Assembly (NCBI GenBank): GCA_964234715.1
Contig: OZ174290.1
Direction: 5' to 3' (one strand)
DNA length: 64,000 nucleotides
Origin: Podarcis melisellensis
Lineage: Eukaryota
Shown here: one piece after another, positions 44,871 through 57,270 of the stretch
Layout of the letters: each line of letters starts with the position of its first letter
Numbering within the stretch: the first letter of the stretch is position 1
Position numbers and translations under genes: made by a program
The notes under the pieces: generated by a model
Told to the model about the DNA's origin: nothing
The model's input: only the letters and a program-made list of their open reading frames with translations
Database searches by the model: none

Positions 44871-46837
44871 TTCTATCAATCTAATCCATGGAGAAACTGT
44901 GCTTGACAGCTGCTTGTCTACAACTCCCATCATCCCTGACTATCTATCTATCTATCTAATCCATGGGGGAGGGGGGCACTTTGGGACTGCAGCTGTGAGG
45001 TTCGGGCAATGCACTGGCAGATTGAATCTAGAGCTCCCTCTGCCCCATCGCTGCCCATTCTCTTCCCTGGTACTTGGTGGCAATGCTGCTGAGTCAAGGG
45101 GGCAGCTCCTTCCTTGCTGGCTGCCCTTGGATGGGAGGTGGATCCAGCATTAGGGCCACAGGTCCCCCCAATTCCTGATCTGGGTTGGCATGAACCAACC
45201 AAAGATAAACACAGGAGTGGTTTAGGCAGCATCAGGTCTGCCGATCAGTGTGGTCCAGTGGGCTTGAATAGGGTAAGTCAATCTCACAGGTAAATTTTGG
45301 AATGAAAACATTGGCAGCAATTGAGCCAAGAGTTTGAGTGCTGTGTCCACAAGTGGGAGCATTTTTGTTTTTAGATTTTTAAATTGTGTCTAAAGGCAGT
45401 TAACCTGAAAGAGCAGAAGAGGCATCCATCAGGAAGAGATGGCCTTTGCAGTAGCCAGCCCCTGATTACCGAGCCAGGTTCAAAGTCCTTGTATTAATAT
45501 TAATATTAAAAGACCTGGGCAACTGAGGTCAGGGACTGCCCGAACCCTTCTATTCCAGCTTGATCGCTGATATCATTTGCTAGGACACTGTCAGTCATTC
45601 CCCAAGTTGGTGAGGCTCATTTGACAAACAAAAAACAAAAAAACACCAAGCCTTTATGGTCATCAGCCCAGTCCTGTGGAACTCTCTGCCACTTGAGATT
45701 CAGCAGGTGTCTTCTAGGTGAACTTTTAAATGCCTGCCGAAAAACTTCGATTCCACCAGGCCTATGCAGGCAATTAAGAATACACCCTTCCACCATGGTT
45801 AACTGATGTCTGGTTTTTTATATATATATACTTTGCATGGCTTTTTATTGTATGGTTCTCATGGCTGTAAATCGCTGTAAATTGTGAGACACGGCAGTAT
45901 ACAGATATTTGTTAATAATAATAAATAAAACAATGAATACATAGTTTCTGCTTGATTCAAGTAGGTCTGCCGTAGTCAAAATAAATTAAAACAATTCTTT
46001 AAAAAGATAGTTAAAAAGACTCTTCTTAAAAACATAAGAACTCCCTTAAAAAAATCAAGTCCTCAGAAAAGTTATATAATCTAAGAAAGTCTTTAAAAGA
46101 ATCCTCCCAGAAGAATTGTAAATTAAAAAGTAGCCCCTTAGAGGCCAACTGAGTAGTTTTAGGTATAAACTTTCGTGTGCGTGCACAGTTCTTCAGATAG
46201 TTCTTCAGATAGTTTCTGTTTGCCAGCCATGTCAACGCTCCACTGCATTTGCTTGCACCAGATGGAAGTTCAACTTCCCAAGCAAGTCGGTAAACAAGTG
46301 TTGGAAATAATTGCGCAGTTGTCACCCCCGTCATTGAGCAGAGCTCTATTTTAAAACGCCAGTTTAGCCCCAAGGTTCGGGAGGGAGGGCAGGGCAGTTT
46401 CTGGCAAGGCCCAGCTGTCTGAGTGCAGCACAAACTGGGCTCTTCAAAGCACCAGGCCGGGTGTCTCAGCGCCAGACTGTCCTGGCTGGGAGAGCAGGGA
46501 GGCTGAGAAGAGCAGGCAGGCCTTGCTAATGGTGTTTTGACGTATCACTTCAAGCACAATCTGCGCCGCTCGGAAACAGCTGCTCAGAACCTGATGCTGG
46601 ATGATGGAAGAGAGGAGGGTGAGACGGAGGTTGGAGGTGGAAATTAATGGGAGGTCTAACCTTTTTCATGCGTGTGATACAAAATAATGCAAAATACAGC
46701 ATTACAGACCCTTCAAGTACTCTTGTTTTCCAGGGAGACCGTCCTGGATTTGCAGAAGCCATCCCAGTTTCTGATTTGATCCTCAGATGGTCTTCATTCC
46801 TTAGAACGTCTCTGTTTTCGCTAGAGGGTATGGAATG

Positions 46838-47172
46838 AAAAGGTAAAGGTAAAGGGACCTCTGACCATTAGGTCCAATCGTGGATGACTCTGGAGTTGCG
46901 GCGCTCTTCTTGCTTTATTGGCTGAGGGAGCTGGCGTACAGCTTGCAGGTCATGTAGCCAGCATGACAAAGCCGCTTCTGGCAAACCAGAGCAGTGCATG
47001 GAAATGCCGTTTACTTTGCTGCCAGAGTGGTACCTATTTATCTACTTGCACTTTGATGTGCTTTCGAACTGCTAGATTGGCAGGAGCAGGGACCGAGCAA
47101 CAGAAGCTCAACCTGTCGCAGGGATTCGAACGACCGACCTTCTGATCGGCAAGCCCTAGGCTCTGTGGTTTA
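46838..47172 (-). mobile_element. Sauria SINE, slightly 5'-truncated
   Basis: aaaggtaaaggtaaagggacc tail; reverse complement of the other copies. Confidence 0.92.
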
Positions 47173-48514
47173 GAAATGTGGGAGGCAGGGCTGTGGTTAG
47201 CAGATGCAAATAAGCAGCCTCGGCAGGTGAGAAAACGAGCATAGAAGCAGCACTGAGGATGGGGACACGTCAATATTTCCCTTCTTGGCATTTTCCCAGT
47301 CAGCATTGCCCCCCAGCAACCCCCCTGCCACGTTTTCACCCACAGGGAACAATGCTTACTGTTCAAAGCAATGGGTCGGTTCTGATTGGGTGGAGCAGGC
47401 TAAACTAATGAGAGATAAGAGGTGGCAGGTCATTCTTTGAGTCGTTGGATGTATGGTGAGTCGTTGGATGTATGGTACAGATGGGGCACACATAGTCACC
47501 TTAAACTTACAAGTAAGGCTCTTTTACTCCACACTACTACTGCAAAAGCGGGGGGGGGGGCACAGTGTTAAAAGAGGTACTCAGATCAGGATCAGCGCCC
47601 CCGTAAGTCCTCCTAGGCTGCAGTCCTAAGCTACATTCACATCATACCTTTAAAGCACCATGACACATACCTCTGAACTGTCCTGTTTTAAGTGGGACAT
47701 CCCAGAATTACAGAAGCCATCCTGAATCCCAGGATGTCCTGTGTTGGTTCCTGGCCCCGAAAGACATGTGTCTCAATTTTCCTGTGTGGCATGTTAGAGG
47801 GTATTATGATACCACTTTAAACAGTCATGGTTCCCCCCCCAAAGCATCCTGGGAAATGTAGTTTGTGCAGAGACCCCTATTCTCCTCATGGAGCTACAAT
47901 TCTCAGAGTGGTTTAACCATCCATCCCTCTTCCCAAAGAATTTTAAGCATTGTAGCTTGGGGGGTGGGGTGGAGAGGAATGGGGTCTCATAATATTGCAT
48001 AGCACCCTGAACGAACTGCATTTCCTAGGATTCTGTGGGGAATACCATGTCTGTTGAAGCGGCATAAGACTGCTTTAAACATCGGTATGGTGAGGCAAAA
48101 CCTACTCCAGGGAAAAAGCGAGGCAGTAACTTGCCTGCTCATTTCTCCCCCTCACATAATACATCTTTAATTCCATTTTCTGAGCCAAATCATTCCTCCA
48201 CGGCCCAGCTTGAAATTCACAGGATCCCTGAATGTGCAGTACAGGAAGATGTCAGTTTTTAAAGCTATGGGTGAACGGTTTATATATCCTCAGGCAGTAC
48301 GTGATGAGATGCTGTTGAGAGGAAGAGAGGCAAATCATGCCAAGTGGCTGATTTCAAAGAGGCATCCAGAAAGTCCTTAATGCCAGAAATGCACTCCTCA
48401 AACTTTGCCACCACAAAGATGGGCTTTTCTGTTACTGCACTCCTCTTTCTCAGGAAACTGTTTAATGTTGGAATATGGTGTGGCTTCCAGTTGAATTGAG
48501 CACTCATCCTGATT

Positions 48515-49170
48515 AAGAGCATAAGAAGCAGCCTTCTGGATCAGGTCAGTGGCCCACTCAGTCCAGCATCCTGTTCTCACAGTGGCCACTCAGATCCCTC
48601 AAAAGCAGGACCCCCGAGCACAAGAGCCCTCCCCACACTACTGACTTCACTTACTGGTATTCAGAAGTATTAGTACAGTCGTAAAGCTGTACGCCGGCTC
48701 CCTCGGCCAATAAAGTGAGATGAGAGCCACAACCCTAGAGTTGGCCACGACTGGACCTAATGGTCATGGGTCCCTTTACCTTTACCTCCTGTTACATCTG
48801 TCTCTGGTTGCGTTTTTTTCAGGATACGAACGCGGCAAACCCGGAAGTGTATGTGGTTTTGCCACGTGTGCATGCGCAGAAGCGCTCTGCATGTCTCATG
48901 CACGCGCAGAAGTGCTCTGTGCAACTCACACATGTGCAGAAGTGTTCTACTGCACCACGCATGTGCGCAGAAGCAGCGCTCTAGTTGCAGACTTTTGGGG
49001 GTGCAAATGACACCCTGGAACGGATCAAGCCCGTAACTAGAGGTACCACTGTACCTCCAACTGTGGAGGCAAAACATAGCCATCCATAATCTTATCTGCC
49101 ATGATTTGCCTTACCCTCTATAAAAGCTATTCCAGTCGATGGCCATCACTGCCTCTTGTGAAAGTGAGTT
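48515..49170 (-). mobile_element. CR1 3' end carrying a nested MITE and SINE
   Basis: ataagaagcagccttctggatcagg..gtccagcatcctgttctcacagtggcca..ctggtattcagaag | cctccaactgtggaggc..atagccatc. Confidence 0.65.
48676..49051. mobile_element. Tc1/mariner MITE with ~30-bp internal repeats; left TIR split by a Sauria SINE 3' fragment (48684-48784)
   Basis: TA|CAGTCGTA[SINE]CCTCCTGTTAC ... GTAACTAGAGGTACCACTG|TA; four catgcgcagaag-type repeats. Confidence 0.8.
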
Positions 49171-51529
49171 CCTTTCTTGTTTTTGTCTGCCCTGCATCTT
49201 CCAACGTTCGGCTTCATTGGATGCCCATGACTTGTAGAGAGGGAGAAAATCTTTCTTAAATCTATCCCTCTTCTCCATGACATGCGCCCCTACCAAGTTT
49301 GTTTTGCAGGCATAGCCAGACCTGTGGGGTTTGTCCATCAACTGTAGGGAGAGCTCCCATCTCAGCTTTTGACTCCCATGAGCTGTTTTGTGCATTTGGG
49401 GTCCACGCATGCGGAGAATGTGATGCTGAACTATGCAGACTTCTTGCCCCGATGCCAAGAAAGCGGCCAGATTTCAGGCAACCAACTGCACGCTGTAAAA
49501 ATGCAGAGGCTGGCGATGACATGACGAGGAAGAGTTCCAGCTTGGTTGGGTCAGGACCCCGTTTGTGCAGGTGGCACGGAGAGAAAGGAAGTTTTGTTCC
49601 AGCCAGAGCTCTGAGCAGAGGCAGCATGGGAAGGGCTCTTGGTGATGGATTGCCCTGTGAAAAGAAATGGCAGGAGGGCTTTCTGTGCAATTCTCTCTTC
49701 TAAAGGTCCCCACCCCCACCCTGTGCCGTCATCCATAAGGCTAATCTTATCATCAAGAAAACTGATCGGAATGGCGGTGGTGGCTGCATCCCGGGAACCA
49801 TCTATCTTCGAAGACAAGGAAGAGGGACATTATTTGAGTCTCCTTCAGTCTGCAATATGTGTTTGTCAGGGACGTTGGAGATTGCTGACAAAATTGGAAA
49901 GGGGAGCGGTAATTGGGTGGTGTTGGAAAACAATCCAGGGAATGCAATCCGCATTCGCTACTGTTGCTGCTTTCAGCCTGCAAGCCATGCATGCTTTATT
50001 ACAACCACCCCTCTTTTGCACTGCATTTCCTTTGCACAGACATGAACAGGGTGCAACAATGCAACAACAAAGTGATTTATGTCACTTACGTAAGTTACAT
50101 AATTTTGCCCCAGCAAAAATTTCATTTTTGGTGGAAGTTGGCCTGCAGTGGAATGCAAACAGTGCTGCATGCAAAGAGTACAGGGAATGGAGTGGGGAAA
50201 TGTACCTTCTTACACCCCTAGTAGTTATATTTGGCAGCTGGGGACATCTGGCAGCCAAACTATTTTAATGCCTTTGCTTACAGTCCAACCACCAATATCT
50301 GATGACCCCATCTGTGCATATGCAGAAGCAAAAGAGCTAAAATAATAATATGAACAAAGGTTGTTTCAACCTAGTGCCCTCCAGAAGTTATGGACTACAA
50401 TTTCCATCAGTCCCAGCCAGCTTGGCAGAGGTTGGTGTGCACATTTGTGTTGCTTTTGTGTTTTTTTGGTTTGCCTGGGCCATGTGCGAAATCAGGGTTG
50501 AAATTGCCGTGTGCCTTTGTTCTAAACCTGCGGGTTGCTCTTTTGATTTTAATAGGAGCTGAATTTTACCTCTTCCGATGCGGAGGAAAGAGTTTCTATT
50601 TATCTGCTATAATGTTCTCGCTCAAGACCAGTTGAAAGGAGGAAAACCTTTTAGAACATTAAGGGGAAGATCTGGACTATTAATTTTAATGGGAGCTGGG
50701 TCTGTATATCCCTTAGGCAGCTTGGGCATGGGAGGGGGGAGCCCTCCACTTGATGCCATCTCTGCTTTTCAAAAGCCTCTAGAAAGCATCTATATTCCTC
50801 CCCCCCCCCACCCTGGTGGTCCTTGAGAGTCAGGCCTGCATGTAGATCTGGAGAGGAAAGCGGCAATTTATACAGGCAAATGCGACAAATGAAGGAATAT
50901 CACTCCCCACTTTGCATTACAAGGGAGAAAGGGGGTGGCTTTGCATTTGCTAGTGCTCCCAGGAGGTCATTGAGAGTTGAAGTCCTGTTCAGCCGCTCGC
51001 CTCGCCAGGTGGAACAATCTGCAATGTGCAGCCCCATGGCGTCAACGCACAACATCCCGATCTCAGCCTGTTTTCCCCATCGGCAAATGCCACGAGCTTG
51101 GCTGGGCGGCTGTTGATGTTACAAACACACAGAGAGATGCAGAACCTGTTGGAAAAAAGGAGCCTCTGAATCAAGAGAGTCCCCGCCCCTCCTCCCCACA
51201 AGAAATGGGCCGTTTGAGCACGGAGCTCAGCAAGAGGAGAAGGAAACCAGATCGCTGGCTTTGCTCCTGCTGGGTCTTCCTCAGACAAACATGGAATGTG
51301 TTAACATCCATACGTCTTCTGAGTTGATGAATGGAGGAAGGGTTCAAGGTCATAAAGTCATGGAGAAGAGTTGCCTCGAAATGCACATTAAGAATGTAAG
51401 GAGGACCCTGAGCTGCATCAGAAGGACTCTAATGAAGCATCTAGCCCAGCATCCTGTACTCACAGTGGCCAATCAGATGCCTACATGGGAAGCAAGACTT
51501 GAGCACACCAACCAAGGGCAATCAAAATA

Positions 51530-51675
51530 ACAGAACTGAAGAGTTTGAAGGCACCATGAGGGCCATCTAGTTCAACCCCCTGCAATGCAGGAATCTTTTG
51601 CCCAACGTGGGGCCCTCTCGAACCCACAACAATGACATTAAGAGTCTCAGTCTCTACTGACTGAGATATCCCAGT
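51530..51675 (-). mobile_element. tRNA(Lys)-derived SINE (Squam2-like)
   Basis: Reverse complement of the family at 30910 and 43496. Confidence 0.75.
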
Positions 51676-51714
51676 CAAGAGGGCAGAGCAACACCTCTAT
51701 GAAGGAGGATTGCA

Positions 51715-51995
51715 GCGTCTGGGACCTCTTCATTTAGGGAAAAGGCGAGCGACAGGCAACATGGTTGACGTTTATGAAATTATGCATGGCTTGGAGATAA
51801 GCTTTTCTCCCTTTCTCAATACACTAGAACTGGTGGGCATCTAATGAAGCTCAGTGTTGGGAAATCCAGGACAGATAAAAGAACGTCCTTCTTCATGCAG
51901 CGCATAGTTAAACTATGGAACTCGCACCCACAAGAGACTGTGACGTCCAACAACCTAGATGGCTTCAAAAGCGGATTAGAAAATTCATGGAGGAG
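51715..51995 (+). mobile_element. CR1 LINE ORF2 C-terminal fragment
   Basis: GHLMKLSVGKSRTDKRTSFFMQRIVKLWNSHPQE..LDGFKSGL, typical CR1 ORF2 end. Confidence 0.8.
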
Positions 51996-52566
51996 AGGGC
52001 ATCTGGTTGGCTATATGAGAATGGAATGCTGGAGGAGATGGGCCATCGGCCTGATGCAACAAGCTTCTCCTATGTTCAACAGCACTCTCCCAACTTGGGA
52101 TGCCCAGGAGGAGCTGGTATTCAGAGGCGTACTGTCTCTGGCAGTGGAGGTAGAGCATCATCCCCCTGGCTAGTAGCCACTGATAGCTTTATTCTCCGTG
52201 AATTTCTTTAATCCTCTTTTCAAAAAACATTTGAGTTGGTGGCCTTGGCTGCACCTTGTGGAAGCAAATCCCATAGCTTAACTAATGCACTGAATGGAGA
52301 AGTACTTTCTTTTGTCTGCCTTGATTCTTCTAGTCATTCAACTTTATTGACTGTTCCCGAATTCTCATATTGGGAGGGAGGGAGGAAAACTGCTCCCTGC
52401 TCACTTTCTTCACACAACACATAGCCCCTCATCTAGCTCAGTATAGTCTATATTGGCCAGCAGTGGCTCTCGAGGTTCTTAGGCAGGATGCTTCCCCTGC
52501 TCTACCTGGGATACTAGGGTTGGAACATGGGGCCTTGCAAGGCACATCCTCCATCACTGAGCTACG

Positions 52567-53322
52567 ACATACCCTGCAACTTTTCTCTGATGAAAATAGG
52601 GACGTTCTATTCAATAATAAAGGATGCAGGTGGCGCTGTGGTCTAAACCACAGAGCCTAGGCTTGCTGATCAGAAGGTCGGTGGTTCGAATCCCTGAGAT
52701 GGAGTGAGCTCCCGTTGCTTGGTCCCTGCCCCTGCCAACCTAGCAGTTTGAAAGCATGTCAAAGTGCAAGTAGATAAATAGACACTGCTCTGGCAGGAAG
52801 GTAAACAGCGTTTCCGTGCGCTGCTCTGGTTCGCCAGAAGCGGCTTAATCATGCTGGCCACATGACCCGGAAGCTGTACGCCAGCTCCCTTGGCCAATAA
52901 AGCAAGATGAGCGCCGCAACCCCAGAGTCGGCCACGACTGGACCTAATGGTCAGGGGTCCCTTTACCTTTATTCAATAATAATAATATATATATATATAT
53001 ATCAATTTATACCCCACCCATCTGATTGGGTTGCCCCAGCCACTCTGGGCAGCTTCCGACATATGTAAAAACATAACAAAACATTAAACATCTAAAAAAT
53101 TTCCCTATGCAGGGCTGCCTTCAGACATCTTCTAAAGGTTGTACAGTTACTTATCTCCTTGGCTCGGGGGTCGCATAACTCCCTCCATACCTTCTGACAT
53201 TTCTCCGATGAAAATAGGGACATTCTAAGGAAAAGCAGAACATTCCAGGATCCAATCAGAAACCAGGATGGCTTCTGTAAATCTCCGACTGTCCCTGGAA
53301 AATAGTTGCACTTGGAAGGTCT
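52567..53322 (+). mobile_element. Composite MITE-like element carrying an L2 3' tail fragment and an (AAT)n tract
   Basis: Colinear with the inverted copy at 56603-57270; shorter relatives at about 46705-46832 and 47667-47740. Confidence 0.65.
52621..52969 (+). mobile_element. Sauria SINE, full length
   Basis: 13-bp TSD TATTCAATAATAA at 52608-20 and 52970-82. Confidence 0.95.
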
Positions 53323-56300
53323 GCTACAGCCTTACAAGCCTTTGGTCCCCTCTGCAGCCTCTCTCCCTCAACTGCCTTCCCCCCAGGCATGAACCAGGTC
53401 AGCAGACCAGCTTTTGACATGCTGCTAAATGAGTGACCTTATCCAGGGCACCAGGTGCCATGCAAACAGCCTAGGTGAAATATGGCTCACAGAATGCAGG
53501 TGAGCTATTAGCAAAGCTGTGGTCGGAGTTTGGTTGCCCTGTTGCTAAGCCTGGCGGCTGTGCTGTCTGGGCTCTGGGCCGTAGTGTGCCTGCCTGGAAT
53601 CTGGGCCATTTGTGGATTTCTGTGCCATGTTGAAATGCTGGTCTCCGTCTAGGAAAAAATTCAGGCAGGACCCCTTGGAAGATCAATGGAGGGTGTCGGC
53701 GAGGGGTGGGGGGGGGGGTGGGAAGCAGGTGACCGCCGGAGTCTCAGCCAGACAGGGCTCGTCTTTCAGCAGCTGTAAGCCATTTATTAGTTGGGTTTTA
53801 ATGTTTCCGAAAAAGCCCCGTTGGGTGGGCAGAGGCTGGAGAGAGACAAGTGTGGGGAAGGGGGAAAAATGTGTTAATTACCAGTCCATTTGTGTGACGC
53901 AGGTCTGGCCCAGTCTGTCATCTCTTCTCCCCCCCCCCCACCCCCCGACTAGCCTTCCATTTTCATGCGGGGATCCCGGCGGGGCCTTTGTTGCCGGGGG
54001 TCACCATGGAGACGGCAGCTGCAGCTGACTCTCCCTGTTAGAACAAACCGCCAGCGCCTCAGAAACCATTTTGGAAGCATTTGTCCCGACAGCCTCTGCT
54101 AATCTCTCTTTCATTTGTAATTATCTTATCACACAAGCATTCTCGCGGTGCTATCACGGCATTTCCTTTCTTCCTCTCCCACCCACCCCCCTCCCGCCAA
54201 TGCCGCCCACCCCACACGGCCACAAATGCCCCTCAGGGCATTTGGGTGTGTTAGCAAAGGTAAAGGGCAGCGGCAGAGTGCCCAGCCCGAGATGGACAGA
54301 GCAGGCTTCAAACAGGCCTGAGTCCCAACTCATGGGTCTGGTGCGATTGAAGTTGGCCGAGTTCTGGGGCTTGGAGTCCTTTGAGGCTGGCCGTGATATC
54401 TCTGCCAAGAATAATTGAACAAATAGTTTTATCAGGGAGAATCGACAGCTGTAGAGAGAGAGAGAGCAGGCGATTTCTAGAGGATTAGGGAAGAGCTGTG
54501 AAAGGGGACTCTCACGGGAAGTGGATTCGGTCAGCCAAGAACAAATGCTGAAGGCTTTGGGGTTTTTCCTCTTATTTTGGGGTTTGTTTTCTTCGTTTAT
54601 TTTTTCATTTGTGAAAAAAACTATAAGTTGCTGAAGAATAATAATAATAATAAATAATCTTTGAAAGTGCAGACAGAAAACAAAACGAAAGATCCTCTTC
54701 TACTATATTGTCGCACGCTACCCCAATCTCTGAGCGGTACCAATCTCTGGTTTCCTCAGAATGAGGAAATTGTGGTGTCTTCAGGATATAGAGTTTATTT
54801 ACACATACATACAACCTGAGCCCATGATGGAGGTGGGGGAAGTAATTTAGCTAAAAGTTCATTTGTAAAAAAATAATAATAATTTTACATTGAAATCTAG
54901 ATACTGAGGAAGAAGGTTCTTGCCACAGCCCTCTCACTGAAATCTTCATTTTATTGATCTGAGCAGATACCAGGATGGAAAACCACACAAAGACACACCC
55001 ACAAATTCACATAATATGCAACAACAAGACCACTAGAATTCCTCCCAATCAACTGCAGCACCTAAAAATAGGATTAACCCAACGCCAATAGACTAAACAA
55101 CTGAAACCCTCCGGCCTTTGCCAGACGTTGAATTTGCGAATTAAAAAAAAAAAACCTCATTCATCAGCATTTTAGTGCAAATTTCTTCTAACAGGCACAT
55201 TTTTGTCCAATATACACATTTTTTTGAAAAGCTATTTCTCCTAATGTAATGCATTTATGTACGGTATGCTACATCCCCCAGTGGGTGCAAACTTTGCCCT
55301 AGGTGCACACAGTTTTGTAGGTATCACTTGGCTGGAGACTTGCATGGCAAAATTCAGGGAAGTGCAAATTTCAAAGTGGGTTTGCCTTTAAATGTGAACT
55401 GAATCAAATCGCCCCACCAATCCCCACCTCCACGTCCTACACCCATTGAAATAATGGCCTTGTAAAAACGACGTTTTTAAGAGGGTCACAGTGTCCTTTC
55501 TCTTGGCAGATCAAGATGAACAGGTGATAGCAAAAGCTGCAAGGTTTTTAACCAGGGCATTTAGAATAAGATCCATTATTTGACTATTGATCCAGACCCC
55601 CAAAATGTATTTTATAAAATTAACTTTTTACCTTTATCCCATGTATACTGCATTTTGTTTTATTGCTATGGCTGGTGGCCATAGCAATTCATTCATTCAC
55701 TCATTCATTCATACATTTTTAAGAATGTAGGCCTATGGGCAATCAAACGAAGGAAATTCTTAGCAGAGACCAGAGGAGGAAAGGAAGAGGCTAGGAACAG
55801 GATGTCGGGCCAGGAAGGAGGAGAATCAGGAGCAACTGGCTTTCATTCATGGGAGAGGATGAAGCCAGACTTGATCAAGGCCTGGGGCTCAGCAGCCTGG
55901 GATATGAGATGTGCACTTTTTAAGCAAATAACTTCCCCAGAAAGAAGGATACTCATAAATAATAATGTTCTGGCATGTATGAATTCATGAAGCGCCCATG
56001 ACCGGAGGGATGAGAAAGAGAGAGAGAGAGGGGAAATGCTATTTATTCTGGAGACTTTAATTTAATTTGACAAATAGACATCATGGCAACTGACACCGTG
56101 TTATCTCCATTTCAAGAGGCAGAGATTTACAGGGCAATCCAACCACAGATCTGCAAAGATGGGGAAGGTTTGGATAGAGCTCACCTTGGCCCTTTCTCTA
56201 GAAACCATTGAGACTGATGGAACTGATGAGGCTCTGCTTGTAGCAAAAAAGACATACAACTGGGTCCAAAGGGTCATTATTCTGGAAACAAATATTTGAT

Positions 56301-56602
56301 TGTTTGCTTGACTCCTGATCCCTCAGTTCTCACCCCCAACTTAAACCAAGCTGAAGTTTGCTCACATCTGTCCCTTGAAAGGGCTGAGTGGGAGGACACC
56401 TGCTTTGCCTACAGAAGGTCCCAGTCTCAATCTCTGCTGGCATCTCTAGTGCACAGCTAGATCGCCCAATGGCTCTGACTTTGTATAAAGCCACTTTCCA
56501 GGTTCCTGGCTAGCTATCTCTCCCTTTGCTCTCTCCCCACTGTCAAAACTGAGCTCTTCTGACCTATCCTCCCCCCCCTTGCTTGTGATACTTCATATAT
56601 AC

Positions 56603-56881
56603 CAGACCCACCAAGTTCCCCTGTTTTCCAGGGACAGTCCTGGATTTACAGAAGCTATCCTTTTCCTTAGGTTGTTCCTATTTGCATCAGAGAAATGTTG
56701 GAGGGTATCCAAGGCCAAGGAGATACCCCCCAAGGCCAAGGAGATAAGTCTAAACAACCTTTAGAAGACATCTGAAGGCAGCCTTGTATATGGAAGTTTT
56801 TAAATGTTTAATGTTTTATCATGTTTTTATAAATGTTGGAAGCCACCCAGAGTGGCTGGAGAAAGCTATTAGATGGACAGG

Positions 56882-56927
<46 letters not shown>

Positions 56928-57270
56928 GGTGCCTTCAAACTCTTCAGTTCTATGATTTTGATTGCCAGCTTCCCATGTAGGCATCTGATTGGCCACTGTG
57001 AGTACAGGATGCTGGGCCAGATGCTTCATTAGAGTCCTTCTGATGCAGCTCAGGGTCCTCCTTACATTCTTAATGTGCATTTCGAGGCAACTCTTCTCCA
57101 TGACTTTATGACCTTGAACCCTTCCTCCATTCATCAACTCAGAAGACGTATGGATGTTAACACATTCCATGTTTGTCTGTTGAAGACCCAGCAGGAGCAA
57201 AGCCAGCAATCTGGTATTATTATTATTATTGGAAAGGATGTCCCTATTTTCATCGGAGAAATGTTGGAAA
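56603..57270 (-). mobile_element. Second copy of the composite MITE-like element, interrupted by a locally copied segment
   Basis: cagacccaccaag..ccagggacagtcc..gagaaatgttggagggtat..(tat)n..gatgtccctattttcatcggagaaatgttgg. Confidence 0.65.
56926..57215 (-). repeat. Inverted duplicate of 51246-51557
   Basis: About 6 substitutions and one 22-nt net deletion over 290 bp; shared peptides visible in the ORF track. Confidence 0.95.

Noticed and set aside
44094-44933. 279-aa ORF (and ORFs over 16849-16978)
   Set aside because: Artefacts of N runs
47439-47476. Short tandem duplications (also near 1439, 33543, 46188)
   Set aside because: Ordinary slippage duplications with no further structure
49262-50268. 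Overlapping ORFs of 130-209 aa and an acceptor-like site near 49309
   Set aside because: No recognisable domain and no matching exon chain; a lncRNA exon cannot be excluded but is unsupported
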